The notes beneath the pieces were generated by a model. That model made no database searches, was not told the origin of the DNA, and saw nothing but the letters and a program-made list of their open reading frames with translations. A DNA stretch of 32,000 nucleotides, taken from contig NZ_JHXR01000001.1 of NCBI RefSeq assembly GCF_000621645.1, forward strand, positions 270,001 through 302,000, written 5' to 3'. The DNA is from Vibrio cholerae ATCC 14035. GTDB lineage: Bacteria > Pseudomonadota > Gammaproteobacteria > Enterobacterales > Vibrionaceae. Position numbers and translations under genes: made by a program. Position 1 is the first letter of the stretch. Each line of letters begins with the position of its first letter. Shown here in pieces: positions 1-13,314 of this stretch.

Positions 1-49
1 AGCAATCCGCACCTGAAACGAAAGTACATAGCGGATAAGGCTGTTTTCG

Positions 50-1219
50 ATGTTAGAAATACTGTTCCTGTTATTGCCCATCGCTGCCGCCTACGGCTGG
101 TACATGGGGCATCGTAGCGCCCAGCAAGATAAACAGAAACAATCACACCAAATTTCGCGTCAATACGTGACCGGTTTGAACCTCTTACTCTCCGATCAAT
201 CGGATAAAGCGGTTGATCACTTTATCGAATTACTGCAAGTCGATAATGAAACCATTGATACCCATCTAGCACTCGGTAACCTTTTCCGGTCTCGTGGCGA
301 AGTGGATCGCGCTATTCGTATTCACCAAAACCTTATCTCTCGCTCTGGGTTGACCATAGACCAGAAAAACTTGGCGCTGCAGCAGTTAGCTAAGGACTAT
401 ATGGTGTCCGGTTTTCTTGATCGTGCTGAGAAAATATTTGAACAACTGATTGATGAGCCTGAGCATCGTGAATCTGCTCTCCAGCAGCTCACGGCAATTT
501 ATCAACAGACTCGTGAGTGGCACAAAGCGATTGAGTGTGCCACCGCTTTGGTTAAGCTTGGGCGCAAACGTATGAAGGTGAACATTGCGCATTTCTACTG
601 CGAGCTGGCCATGCTTGAAAAGGCGGACAGTAACGATAACAAAGCCATTCAACTGTTTAAAAAAGCATTACAAGAAGATCCGAAATGTGTACGTGCAACC
701 ATTTCACTCGGTAAACTCTACCTACAAAACGAAGACTATCAGAAGACTATTGACCATCTAGAGATGGTTCTTGAGCAAGATATCGATTTTATCGGTGAAG
801 TGCTCAATACGTTGGCTGAGTGTTACCACCATTTGGGGCGAGAGCAAGATTTGATCACCTTCTTACGTCGCTGTATCGCCAATAAAGCGGGGGTATCGGC
901 CGAATTAATGCTCGCTCAGCTGGTTGCACAGCATGAAGGTATTGCCGCTGCACAAGAGATTTTAACTCGTCAGTTGGTTAAAAATCCTACTATGAAAGGC
1001 TTTTACCGGTTGATTGATTACCATATTGCCGAAGCGGAAGAGGGCAGAGCCAAAGCCAGTCTCTCTACGTTACAACGCTTAGTGGGTGAACAGCTTAAAG
1101 TAAAACCCCATTACCGTTGCCGTAAATGTGGCTTTTCGACCCATTCACTTTATTGGCATTGCCCATCATGTAAAAACTGGGGTTCAATCAAGCCAATCAG
1201 AGGCTTAGATGGTGAGTAA
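50..1219 (+). CDS. lapB: Lipopolysaccharide assembly protein B (LapB/YciM): membrane anchor, TPR repeats, C-terminal rubredoxin-like zinc finger
   Basis: 389-aa ORF. Hydrophobic N-terminus MLEILFLLLPIAAAYGWY, helical TPR-like repeats, and a C-terminal Cys4 motif CRKCG...HCPSCKNWGS. pyrF follows directly, as in E. coli. Confidence 0.9.
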   Translation: MLEILFLLLPIAAAYGWYMGHRSAQQDKQKQSHQISRQYVTGLNLLLSDQSDKAVDHFIELLQVDNETIDTHLALGNLFRSRGEVDRAIRIHQNLISRSGLTIDQKNLALQQLAKDYMVSGFLDRAEKIFEQLIDEPEHRESALQQLTAIYQQTREWHKAIECATALVKLGRKRMKVNIAHFYCELAMLEKADSNDNKAIQLFKKALQEDPKCVRATISLGKLYLQNEDYQKTIDHLEMVLEQDIDFIGEVLNTLAECYHHLGREQDLITFLRRCIANKAGVSAELMLAQLVAQHEGIAAAQEILTRQLVKNPTMKGFYRLIDYHIAEAEEGRAKASLSTLQRLVGEQLKVKPHYRCRKCGFSTHSLYWHCPSCKNWGSIKPIRGLDGE

Positions 1220-1239
1220 TTAAAAATCAACAGTATGAC

Positions 1240-1265
1240 GCAGCTATTTATGGCTGCTTTTTTTT
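1240..1265 (+). terminator. Weak rho-independent terminator or attenuator between lapB and pyrF
   Basis: gcagc-tatttatg-gctgc stem-loop (5-bp stem) followed by a run of 9 T, 20 nt after the lapB stop. Confidence 0.45.
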
Positions 1266-1291
1266 AACTCGATATACAGATAGGAGAAACG

Positions 1292-1987
1292 ATGAACGAC
1301 CCAAAAGTGATTGTTGCACTGGACTATGACAATCTGGCGGATGCGCTCGCGTTTGTGGACAAAATTGACCCAAGCACATGTCGACTCAAAGTGGGTAAAG
1401 AGATGTTTACTCTATTTGGTCCTGATTTTGTCCGTGAGCTGCATAAACGAGGTTTTTCTGTGTTTCTGGATCTTAAATTTCACGATATTCCGAATACCTG
1501 TTCAAAAGCGGTGAAAGCTGCCGCTGAGCTTGGGGTTTGGATGGTGAATGTGCACGCGAGTGGTGGCGAGCGAATGATGGCAGCATCGCGTGAGATTCTG
1601 GAGCCGTATGGTAAAGAGCGCCCACTGCTGATTGGTGTCACTGTATTGACCAGTATGGAATCTGCCGATTTACAAGGTATTGGCATCTTGAGTGCGCCAC
1701 AAGATCATGTGCTGCGATTAGCAACGCTCGCCAAAAATGCTGGTCTTGATGGTGTGGTATGCTCCGCACAAGAGGCATCACTATTGAAGCAACATTTGGG
1801 GCGTGAATTCAAATTGGTGACGCCAGGAATTCGTCCAGCGGGTTCAGAGCAAGGCGATCAACGCCGTATTATGACTCCAGCCCAAGCCATTGCCTCTGGT
1901 TCAGATTATCTCGTGATCGGTCGCCCTATCACTCAAGCCGCACATCCTGAAGTGGTTCTGGAAGAGATAAACAGCTCTTTAGTTTAG
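1292..1987 (+). CDS. pyrF: Orotidine 5'-phosphate decarboxylase
   Basis: 231-aa ORF with the PyrF signature IVALDY...[12 protein letters not shown]...VIGRPI. SD aggag lies 6 nt upstream of the ATG. Confidence 0.95.
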   Translation: MNDPKVIVALDYDNLADALAFVDKIDPSTCRLKVGKEMFTLFGPDFVRELHKRGFSVFLDLKFHDIPNTCSKAVKAAAELGVWMVNVHASGGERMMAASREILEPYGKERPLLIGVTVLTSMESADLQGIGILSAPQDHVLRLATLAKNAGLDGVVCSAQEASLLKQHLGREFKLVTPGIRPAGSEQGDQRRIMTPAQAIASGSDYLVIGRPITQAAHPEVVLEEINSSLV

Positions 1988-2009
1988 CTTTACTAGATTG
2001 GATAAACTC

Positions 2010-2037
2010 AAGCCCAGTCACAGTACTGGGCTTTTTT
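2010..2037. terminator. Rho-independent terminator between convergent pyrF and miaE
   Basis: aagcccagt / actgggctt 9-bp stem followed by TTTTTT on the + strand. It lies between the two convergent stop codons. Confidence 0.7.
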
Positions 2038-2044
2038 AAAAAGG

Positions 2045-2821
2045 CTATTTAGGAATACCACTGTGAAACTTGAAATCGCTATCGGGAGTGGAAATTAACT
2101 CCGCTTCGACTCGGCCAAAATACGCAACACGTTCAGAGATATCGTAGCCCGCAATTTGTTCAGCCAGTTGCAAGTAGTCTTGATAATGGCGAGCTTCAGA
2201 GCGAAGCAGAGAAACATAAAATTTTGCTATCTCGTCATCTAAGTAGGGGGCGAGTTTGGCAAAGCGCTCACAAGAGCGAGCCTCAATATAAGCGCCTACT
2301 ATCAGCTTATCAATCAATGTCTGTGGTTCATGAGTCTTCATATGGGCTAGAAGGCTTTTGGCATAACGGCTAGCCGGAATTGACTCATACTCCACATTGC
2401 GCGCTTGCATAATTTCCAACACTTGATAGAAATGGTGTAGCTCTTCTTTGATCAGCAATACCATTTTATCGATCAAATCTTGGCTATAAGGAGAATCCGA
2501 TTTGGCAATGATCGCTTTGGAGATTTGGCTTTTGCCTTTGAGCGATTGGATATCTCCCATTTTGCGATACGCAAAGTCTTCATAAGGTTTAAACCAATCC
2601 AATAGCGAAAGTTCACTCTCTTTATCAACCGCATACTTACGGATCAGAAACATGGCGGATTGACCAGCTTTCAGCTCACATAGTAAATGGTCTAACAACA
2701 AAACACGTAGGTTTTCAGGTTTGCGCGCTTCTTCAACCCATTCGTCGGGTGTAGGACATTGCAGGAAATGGTTAATCGGTTCTAAAAGTTGTTGGATAGC
2801 AGATGGATGAATCATGGGCAC
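2045..2821 (-). CDS. miaE: tRNA-(ms2io6A37)-hydroxylase, ferritin-like di-iron enzyme (MiaE family)
   Basis: 258-aa ORF. N-terminal FLQCPTPDEWVEEARKPENLRVLLLDHLLCELKAGQSA plus EELHHF, ARSCERF and SEARHYQ (repeated E..H di-iron ligand motifs) match my recollection of MiaE. The start is GTG at 2821 or ATG at 2815. Confidence 0.75.
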   Translation of the reverse strand: MPMIHPSAIQQLLEPINHFLQCPTPDEWVEEARKPENLRVLLLDHLLCELKAGQSAMFLIRKYAVDKESELSLLDWFKPYEDFAYRKMGDIQSLKGKSQISKAIIAKSDSPYSQDLIDKMVLLIKEELHHFYQVLEIMQARNVEYESIPASRYAKSLLAHMKTHEPQTLIDKLIVGAYIEARSCERFAKLAPYLDDEIAKFYVSLLRSEARHYQDYLQLAEQIAGYDISERVAYFGRVEAELISTPDSDFKFHSGIPK

Positions 2822-2825
2822 TATT

Positions 2826-2851
2826 TAAGAAAAAGGCCGCATAAGCGGCCT
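2826..2851 (-). terminator. Rho-independent terminator of the upstream 254-aa gene, abutting the miaE start
   Basis: On the minus strand: aggccgc-ttat-gcggcct followed by TTTTTCTT. The hairpin base is 13 nt from the miaE GTG. Confidence 0.7.
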
Positions 2852-2882
2852 GAAGTTAATCAAGTCATTATCGTGCGGTATC

Positions 2883-3647
2883 TTACCACTTTTTCTTCTC
2901 GCCAAAGAGCACATCCATGTCACTTTTGCGTTCATTTTCTTCAATTTGTTGGAGGTCAGAAGCACTTTTGTTTTGACGTTTCTGCTCAAGTTCATCATAC
3001 ATAGTCTGTAACTTTTCACGGGCTTGATTTGAGTAGCTGTCATTTTTTGAGGACAAGACATCAATCCCTTTACGTAGTAGTTGGATTGCAGTGCCGGGTT
3101 GCCCACGCAAAATCGAGTCGTTAGCGCGCTTAATCACGTTTTCGATGTTGATTCGAATCTGAATGGTCTCTAAGCGAGCATTTTCTGCCACATAGGCTTG
3201 GGTTTCAAAACGTCCTTTATTGTGCTCACTGCGAATGGTGTCACGCAGACGTTTAACTAGCTTTAGCATGATGATGGCTTGTTTATCGCTGCTAGGAACC
3301 TTAAATGAAGTACTTTCACCACCCGGATGGTTATTTTGCAGGTGGTTGATCTGTCCCTTCATATTTTCGATACGTTGAGCGAGTTGTTTATTTTTAGGAT
3401 CAAGGTCATACATGCTTTGTAGTGCATCAAGAATACGGTTATTCAAGCAGACTAAAAGCTCTTTACTGAATGGCAGATGGTGAGCATTGCCGATTAAATC
3501 TTCAGTTGCATCAATAATGGCCACATAGCGCGAGGATTCCTGTTTCTTGGCGCTTTCGACTTTCACCCGATATTGCAACATGATGTTGTAGCCAAGAACC
3601 AAAATGAGCAAAATGGCCACCAGAGCAATGATTAAACCTATATTCAT
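2883..3647 (-). CDS. Membrane-anchored coiled-coil protein of unknown function
   Basis: The ORF is open to a TTG at 3671, which has no SD. The ATG at 3647 gives MNIGLIIALVAILLILVLGYNIML, a single N-terminal TM helix. The rest is charged and helical (coiled-coil-like) with a K/E-rich tail. I recognise no family. Confidence 0.6.
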   Translation of the reverse strand: MNIGLIIALVAILLILVLGYNIMLQYRVKVESAKKQESSRYVAIIDATEDLIGNAHHLPFSKELLVCLNNRILDALQSMYDLDPKNKQLAQRIENMKGQINHLQNNHPGGESTSFKVPSSDKQAIIMLKLVKRLRDTIRSEHNKGRFETQAYVAENARLETIQIRINIENVIKRANDSILRGQPGTAIQLLRKGIDVLSSKNDSYSNQAREKLQTMYDELEQKRQNKSASDLQQIEENERKSDMDVLFGEKKKW

Positions 3648-3875
3648 AAAATCCGTATCTTCAGTTTTCAATGGCTAACGATTAAGGATACACGCTCGTT
3701 GTGATCCCGACAATTTACTCTGTTGATTATTCCCGTTTTATCATGCAAAAACCGCTTTCCCACGATGAGTTTGAGCGTTGCGTGGCAATTTTTTCACCGA
3801 ATAAGCAAGGCGCTGAATATTCATTTCACGCTTCTCTCGATAAAGGCTAGGAATTGTCGCGCTGAAGCGTTATAA

Positions 3876-4910
<1,035 letters not shown>

Positions 4911-4934
4911 CGCGCTTTTACTTTCACTTCATTG

Positions 4935-4972
4935 TGCTTCCTCCTAGAATGGTTCACCGATAGGAGGAAGCA
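4935..4972 (+). promoter_or_regulatory. Perfect 12-bp stem-loop sequestering the SD and the first base of the start codon of the downstream methyltransferase gene
   Basis: Left arm tgcttcctccta (4935-4946), 14-nt loop, right arm taggaggaagca (4961-4972). The right arm contains AGGAGG and the A of the ATG at 4972. No U-tract follows. Confidence 0.6.
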
Positions 4973-6168
4973 TGCAAGCTCTATTCATACAACTCGATTC
5001 ATTCTTAACTCAAACCCAATCTTTTTGGCGTTATGAGGCTTTTCATGCTTGCCGTTTATCGGCGTTGCCTTGGGGGGATGCGTATCCCGAGTTAACCGCT
5101 TGGCTCTATGCTCTTAGTCAGAATGAGGTCGTGGAGTTCAAAACCGATCCAGAGAAACTCTCTTCCGTCTTATCTGGTTTTTTTCCCGGGTTAGAGGAGA
5201 TGAAACTCCCAGTCGACATTTCAGACTCTTCCTTGCTTTCACTCCGATTACCAAAGTTTTTTGACAAAGGGATCCCCGGACGTAAATGGCAACAAATAGA
5301 AGCGATCAGTAAAGTGCTTGTTGCGCACCATCAAGGCACTCAGTGGTTAGAGTGGTGTGCTGGGAAAGGTTACTTGGGGCGTATTTTGGCGGGTGTGACT
5401 CAGCAACCAGTCGTCAGTTTTGAGTATCAAGCCGAGCTTTGCTGCTCTGGACAACAAGAAGTCGATGCGTTGCAACTCCCTATGCAGTTTGTGCAGGGGG
5501 ATGCATTTGATGAGCGTTCTGCTGCCCTGTTTAACTCCAGTACCCATGCTGTTGCCTTACATGCGTGTGGTGACTTACACGTAAAGATGCTCCATTACGC
5601 CACCTCTTCGCATGCCGCGGCGATTAGCTTTTCTCCCTGCTGCTACCATTTGATTCGAGATAACGAATATCACGCGATGTCGAAAGTGGCGGCTCAGTCA
5701 GATTTGCAATTGACCCGTCGAGAACTGCGACTTCCACTGCAAGAAACCGTGACCGGAGGGGAAAGGGTTAGACGGCAGCGACAGCAAGAGATGGTTTATC
5801 GGTTAGGATTTGATGCTCTGGTGAGTCAAGTCGGCCATCAAGCGGGTTATATACCTATCCCTAGTATTCAGAAATCAAAACTCAACCAAGGGTTTGCCGA
5901 GTTTTGCCAGTGGGCGGCTCAAGAGAAAAATATCGCTATGGATTTCACTCACGTCGATTTGGCTCATTTTGAAAGTTTAGGCTATCAGAGATTCTGGCAG
6001 ATGGAACGGATAAGTTTAGTTCAAGACGGGTTTCGGCGGCTGCTAGAGCTATGGTTGGTGTTGGATAAAGCGCTCTATTTGCAGGAGCAGGGCTATCAAG
6101 TCAGGGTGAGTGAGTTTTGCGATCGTAAAGCAACACCGCGCAATTTAGTGGTCAATGCTTGGCGCTGA
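4972..6168 (+). CDS. Putative SAM-dependent methyltransferase of unknown substrate
   Basis: 398-aa ORF with a strong SD (taggagga). It has a glycine-rich motif-I-like segment LEWCAGKGYLGRILA and a later acidic motif VQGDAF. The family assignment (Methyltransf_32-like) is from memory and tentative. Confidence 0.55.
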   Translation: MQALFIQLDSFLTQTQSFWRYEAFHACRLSALPWGDAYPELTAWLYALSQNEVVEFKTDPEKLSSVLSGFFPGLEEMKLPVDISDSSLLSLRLPKFFDKGIPGRKWQQIEAISKVLVAHHQGTQWLEWCAGKGYLGRILAGVTQQPVVSFEYQAELCCSGQQEVDALQLPMQFVQGDAFDERSAALFNSSTHAVALHACGDLHVKMLHYATSSHAAAISFSPCCYHLIRDNEYHAMSKVAAQSDLQLTRRELRLPLQETVTGGERVRRQRQQEMVYRLGFDALVSQVGHQAGYIPIPSIQKSKLNQGFAEFCQWAAQEKNIAMDFTHVDLAHFESLGYQRFWQMERISLVQDGFRRLLELWLVLDKALYLQEQGYQVRVSEFCDRKATPRNLVVNAWR

Positions 6169-6179
6169 ATTGAAGAGGG

Positions 6180-6202
6180 GAGAGCCGATAATATCGGCTC
6201 TC
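6180..6202. terminator. Palindromic hairpin between the convergent methyltransferase gene and ald
   Basis: gagagccgat / atcggctctc near-perfect palindrome between the two stop codons. There is no clear U-tract on either strand. Confidence 0.4.
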
Positions 6203-6209
6203 TGAATCA

Positions 6210-7334
6210 TTAATTAAACATCGCAATCGCTTTAGCGGGGTCGACATAATCGAGGCCAAAGTTTTCTGCAACCTCTTTGTAAGTCACTTTTCCGTGAATT
6301 ACGTTGAGGCCTTTTAAAAATCCTGCATCTTCTAGTAGGGCTTTTTGGTAGCCTTTATTGGCGAGTTTAACGATATATGGTAGCGTGGCGTTATTAAGAG
6401 CAAAGGTAGAAGTGCGCGCCACAGCGCCGGGTATATTGGCTACACAGTAGTGCACCACATCATCAACAATATAAGTGGGCTCTGCGTGAGTGGTAGGGTG
6501 AGAGGTTTCGAAGCAACCCCCTTGGTCGATCGCGACATCAACTACGGCTGAACCGGGTTTCATGCGTTTGATGTGTTGCTGAGTGACCAGTTTAGGCGCA
6601 GCAGCACCAGGGATAAGAACGGCACCGATCACTAAGTCTGCTTCTAATACGTATTTTTCGATGGCATCTGCGGTGGAATATACGACGTTAGCTCGGCCTT
6701 GAAACTCTTCATCGAGTTTACGTAGAGTATCGATGTTGCGATCTAGAATAGTGACATCGGCACGTAGGCCAATAGCCATACGGGCTGCGTTAGCGCCGAC
6801 TACACCGCCGCCGAGTACTACGACTTTTGCAGGAGCAACACCGGGAACGCCACCGAGTAATAAGCCACTGCCGCCACGTGATTTTTCTAAGGTTTGAGCG
6901 CCAGCCTGAATGGACATACGGCCTGCGACTTCAGACATCGGTGCCAGTAGTGGTAAGCGACCCATATTATCTGTTACAGTCTCATAGGCTATGCAGACAG
7001 CTTTGCTCTTGATTAGCTCTTCAGTTTGTGGAAAATCTGGAGCTAGGTGCAAATAAGTAAATAAAATTTGCCCCTCTTTGAGCATGGCTCGCTCGATAGC
7101 TTGAGGTTCTTTAACCTTTACAATCATCTCTGCTTTCGCAAAGACGTCTGCAGCGGTAGGAAGAATGGATGCGCCTACAGCGATGTAATCATCGTCTGAA
7201 AAGCCGATGCCGGAACCGGCATTTGTTTCTACGTAAACTTGGTGTCCGTGTGAGACAAGCTCCCGCACGCTAGCTGGAATCATGCCCACACGATATTCGT
7301 GGTTCTTGATTTCTTTAGGAACGCCAATGATCAT
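6210..7334 (-). CDS. ald: L-alanine dehydrogenase
   Basis: 374-aa ORF beginning [23 protein letters not shown]-binding motif [16 protein letters not shown] aggagt upstream. Confidence 0.93.
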   Translation of the reverse strand: MIIGVPKEIKNHEYRVGMIPASVRELVSHGHQVYVETNAGSGIGFSDDDYIAVGASILPTAADVFAKAEMIVKVKEPQAIERAMLKEGQILFTYLHLAPDFPQTEELIKSKAVCIAYETVTDNMGRLPLLAPMSEVAGRMSIQAGAQTLEKSRGGSGLLLGGVPGVAPAKVVVLGGGVVGANAARMAIGLRADVTILDRNIDTLRKLDEEFQGRANVVYSTADAIEKYVLEADLVIGAVLIPGAAAPKLVTQQHIKRMKPGSAVVDVAIDQGGCFETSHPTTHAEPTYIVDDVVHYCVANIPGAVARTSTFALNNATLPYIVKLANKGYQKALLEDAGFLKGLNVIHGKVTYKEVAENFGLDYVDPAKAIAMFN

Positions 7335-7490
7335 CCTAACTCCTTAGATTAATTTGGTTGTATTGACTATATGTAGGGTTGTTCTATCGAATTTGTGGCT
7401 AGTATAGTGACTAGTGTGAAAAATTTGATGCTAAATATTAAGAAGTTGTAGTATATTTTTTTGCAAGGAAGTAATAAGGTGGAATAAAAA

Positions 7491-7985
7491 ATGGTGGATA
7501 GTTATAAGAAGCCGTCTAAGGACTTAGACCGTATAGATCGCAATATATTGAATGAATTGCAAAAAGACGGTCGAATTTCAAACGTAGAGTTATCAAAGCG
7601 TGTAGGGCTTTCACCTACACCCTGTCTTGAGCGTGTTCGTCGTCTAGAACGTCAAGGGTTTATTACTGGTTATACTGCATTATTGAACCCTCAGTATTTG
7701 GACGCCTCACTGTTGGTGTTTGTTGAAATTACGTTAAATCGTGGCGCGCCCGATGTATTTGAACAGTTTAATGCCGCGGTACAAAAGTTGGATGATATTC
7801 AAGAGTGTCACCTAGTTTCTGGTGATTTTGACTATCTGCTGAAAACCCGTGTATCGGATATGGGGGCTTATCGCCGTTTGTTAGGTGATACCTTGCTCCG
7901 TTTGCCGGGAGTCAATGACACTCGTACTTACGTGGTCATGGAAGAAGTGAAGCAAACCAACCAATTAGTGATTAAAACTCGCTAA
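7491..7985 (+). CDS. lrp: Leucine-responsive regulatory protein (Lrp/AsnC family)
   Basis: 164-aa ORF with DRIDRNILNELQKDGRISNVELSKRVGLSPTPCLERVRRLERQGFI. ftsK follows, as in E. coli. Confidence 0.95.
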   Translation: MVDSYKKPSKDLDRIDRNILNELQKDGRISNVELSKRVGLSPTPCLERVRRLERQGFITGYTALLNPQYLDASLLVFVEITLNRGAPDVFEQFNAAVQKLDDIQECHLVSGDFDYLLKTRVSDMGAYRRLLGDTLLRLPGVNDTRTYVVMEEVKQTNQLVIKTR

Positions 7986-8071
7986 CTTAAAGCGAATGTT
8001 GGAGATCTTTCCACATTCTGACTTTCGTGAATTGGGTTTTTGCCCTTGATATGGTTAAATCTCCAAACAAA

Positions 8072-8100
8072 CCGAGCGGCGTTGGCCGCTCGGACTGTTT
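8072..8100 (+). terminator. Probable lrp terminator
   Basis: ccgagcggc-gttg-gccgctcgg 9-bp GC-rich stem, followed by actgttt (a poor U-tract). Confidence 0.5.
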
Positions 8101-8150
8101 CACCGCCATGAAACTGCGTATAGTGTTGCGCATTATGGCCTTAATCATAG

Positions 8151-11045
<2,895 letters not shown>

Positions 11046-11065
11046 ACAGCAGAAACAACAAAAGT

Positions 11066-11092
11066 AAAAAAGGCGCTTTAAGCGCCTTTTTT
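11066..11092. terminator. Bidirectional rho-independent terminator between convergent ftsK and dsbB
   Basis: aaaaaaggcgc-tttaa-gcgcctttttt: a hairpin flanked by an A-run and a T-run. Confidence 0.8.
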
Positions 11093-11120
11093 ATCAACCG
11101 GATTGAGCGATGCGATTGGC

Positions 11121-11642
11121 TTAGCGTGAGGTTTTAGCCAGTTGTGCGACGACAAAAATCGCTAATGCGAGTAAGTTTGCCGCGAAGATAACGACAAGCC
11201 ACTGTGGCATAGAGAGCGTCAAAAACTGCCATACCACCTTGCTACAGTCACCATACGCTTCAAACAGATTGGGAGCCCATTGGTTGAGCGGAGCCCAAGC
11301 CGGGAAGGTGACAAACAGATCGCAAGTACCAAAAGGCGAAGGGTTAAACTGGTAGTTGACATGCTCGATCGCCAGCATCAAACCTTTGTAGCTGCTGGCA
11401 CCCCAAGCAGCAAAACCGAGCCAACGTACGACAGGGTTTTGTGGTGCAATTGCGCCAATCAAGGCGGCGACACCAATCCCCAGCATAGCGATACGTTCAT
11501 AGATACACATGACACAAGGTGCAAGTAGCATCACATGTTGAAAGTACATGGCACACAAGGTAAAGAAAACGACAAATGCCAGCAGCAACAGCCAAGATAA
11601 TCGCGACTGAGAAAAGGTTTTAAGGGAGGATAATATACGCAC
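11121..11642 (-). CDS. dsbB: Disulfide bond formation protein B
   Basis: 173-aa ORF with a GTG start and SD aagga. Four TM segments, CVMCIYER (CxxC pair) and a second Cys pair in the periplasmic loop. The dsbB-nhaB-fadR order matches E. coli. Confidence 0.9.
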   Translation of the reverse strand: MRILSSLKTFSQSRLSWLLLLAFVVFFTLCAMYFQHVMLLAPCVMCIYERIAMLGIGVAALIGAIAPQNPVVRWLGFAAWGASSYKGLMLAIEHVNYQFNPSPFGTCDLFVTFPAWAPLNQWAPNLFEAYGDCSKVVWQFLTLSMPQWLVVIFAANLLALAIFVVAQLAKTSR

Positions 11643-11655
11643 AGATAGATCCTTG

Positions 11656-11686
11656 TTAAAAAGAAAAGCTCTGAATACTCAGAGCT
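11656..11686 (-). terminator. Rho-independent terminator of nhaB
   Basis: On the minus strand: agctctga-gtat-tcagagct followed by TTTTCTTTTT. Confidence 0.75.
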
Positions 11687-11721
11687 TTGTATCTTGGATT
11701 AGTTTCAGTTTCAATTGAAAT

Positions 11722-13314
11722 TTAGTGGCCACTTTGCAGTAGTGCATCTGCAGCTGGCGCGACATGATGGCTGATCCAACCTAGGCTATAGAACACTTCA
11801 GTCATTGGCTCAAGTAAGAACATGATGCCAATAAAACCAACCAGTGAAAGCGCCAGCGTATAAGGAAACGCCATGATGACCATACGACCGTAAGAGAGAC
11901 GGATTAGTGGCGCCAAAGCCGAAGTGAGCAAGAATAAGAAGGCCGCTTGACCGTTCGGTGTGGCTACTGAAGGTAAGTTGGTGCCGGTATTGATGGCGAC
12001 GGCCAACAAATCAAATTGGTCACGTGAAATCATGCCTTCCATCAGTGCGGTTTTTACTTCAGTGATGTAAACCGTCCCCACAAACACGTTGTCTGACACC
12101 ATGGAAAGTAGACCATTCGCCACATAGAAGAGTGCGAGCTGAGTGCCATGGTCTTCGACATTTAGTACCGCATCAATCACGGGTTTGAACAGCTCTTGGT
12201 CGATAATAACTGCAACAATCGAGAAGAAAACCGCCAGCAATGCGGTAAACGGTAGCGCTTCTTCAAACGCTTTACCTAGCGAATGTTCTTCAATCACACC
12301 AGTAAAAGCTGTGGCGAGAATAATCACCGACAAACCAATAAGACCAACGGCGGCTAAGTGAAGAGCTAAGCCCACAATCAACCAAACCGCGATAGCACCT
12401 TGCACCCAGAGTTTGGCAACGTCTTGGTTTGTGCGGTTTTTGCGCTCTTCTGAGTCAAAATCGAGCAGAATTTGACGAACATTGGCAGGAAGACGAGCTC
12501 CGTAGCCAAAAATGCGGAATTTCTCAACCAACATACAGGTCAGCATACCTGCAATAAACACGGGTACGGTAACGGGGGCCATGCGGAGTAGGAACTCACC
12601 AAATTGCCAGCCTGCTTGGTCAGCAATGATCAGGTTTTGTGGTTCACCGACCATAGTGGTGACACCACCCAGTGCTGTACCCACACCTGCGTGCATCAGC
12701 AGTGAACGTAAAAATGCACGATAGTTTTCTAAGTCATCACGAGTTAATTCTGAAATACCTTCATCATGGGTGTGATCGTGAGAAGAGTGAACACTTTGAC
12801 CCGAAGCAACCTTGTGATAAATCGAGTAGAAACCCACCGCCACACTGATGATGACCGCAATCACTGTCAGCGCATCTAGGAAGGCAGAGAGAAACGCTGC
12901 CGTAACACTAAAGGCTATCGAAAGGAGAACTTTGGAGCGAATGCCAAGCAGAATTTTAGTGAAAATAAACAGCAGCAGTTGCTTCATAAAATAGATGCCT
13001 GCCACCATAAACACCAACAGTAGCAATACCTCGATATTGGCAACCAGTTCATGCTTAACTTGCCCCGGACTTGTCATCCCAATCGCAATCGCTTCAATCG
13101 CAAGTAAACCACCCGGTTGTAGAGGGTAGCATTTCAGTGCCATGGCCAGAGTAAAAATAAACTCAACCACTAATAACCAACCCGCGAGGAAGGGATTAAT
13201 AAAGAAGAACACTATTGGGTTAATAATAAGAAAAGCAATGATGGCAACTTTGTACCAATCAGGCGCTTTACCAAGGAAATTCTTGATAAACGCGTTTCCG
13301 AGGGACATCGGCAT
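11722..13314 (-). CDS. nhaB: Na+/H+ antiporter NhaB
   Basis: 530-aa polytopic membrane ORF beginning [22 protein letters not shown]. Divergent from fadR, as in E. coli. Confidence 0.93.

Noticed and set aside
1-38. Possible 3' end of lapA (yciS) in frame 3, ending at TAA 36-38 (…KVHSG*).
   Set aside because: Only 12 codons are visible. Synteny makes it plausible, but the sequence itself cannot support a call.
7335-7490. Lrp binding sites in the ald/lrp divergent promoter region.
   Set aside because: The region is AT-rich with short repeats (ctagtatagtgactagtg). The Lrp consensus is too degenerate for me to call a site by eye.
8125-8150. dif-like sequence (gttgcgcattatggccttaatcatag) just upstream of ftsK.
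   Set aside because: Only the XerC-arm-like GCGCATTATG matches. The spacer and XerD arm agree at about 5 of 11 positions with TTATGTTAAAT, so this is most likely chance.
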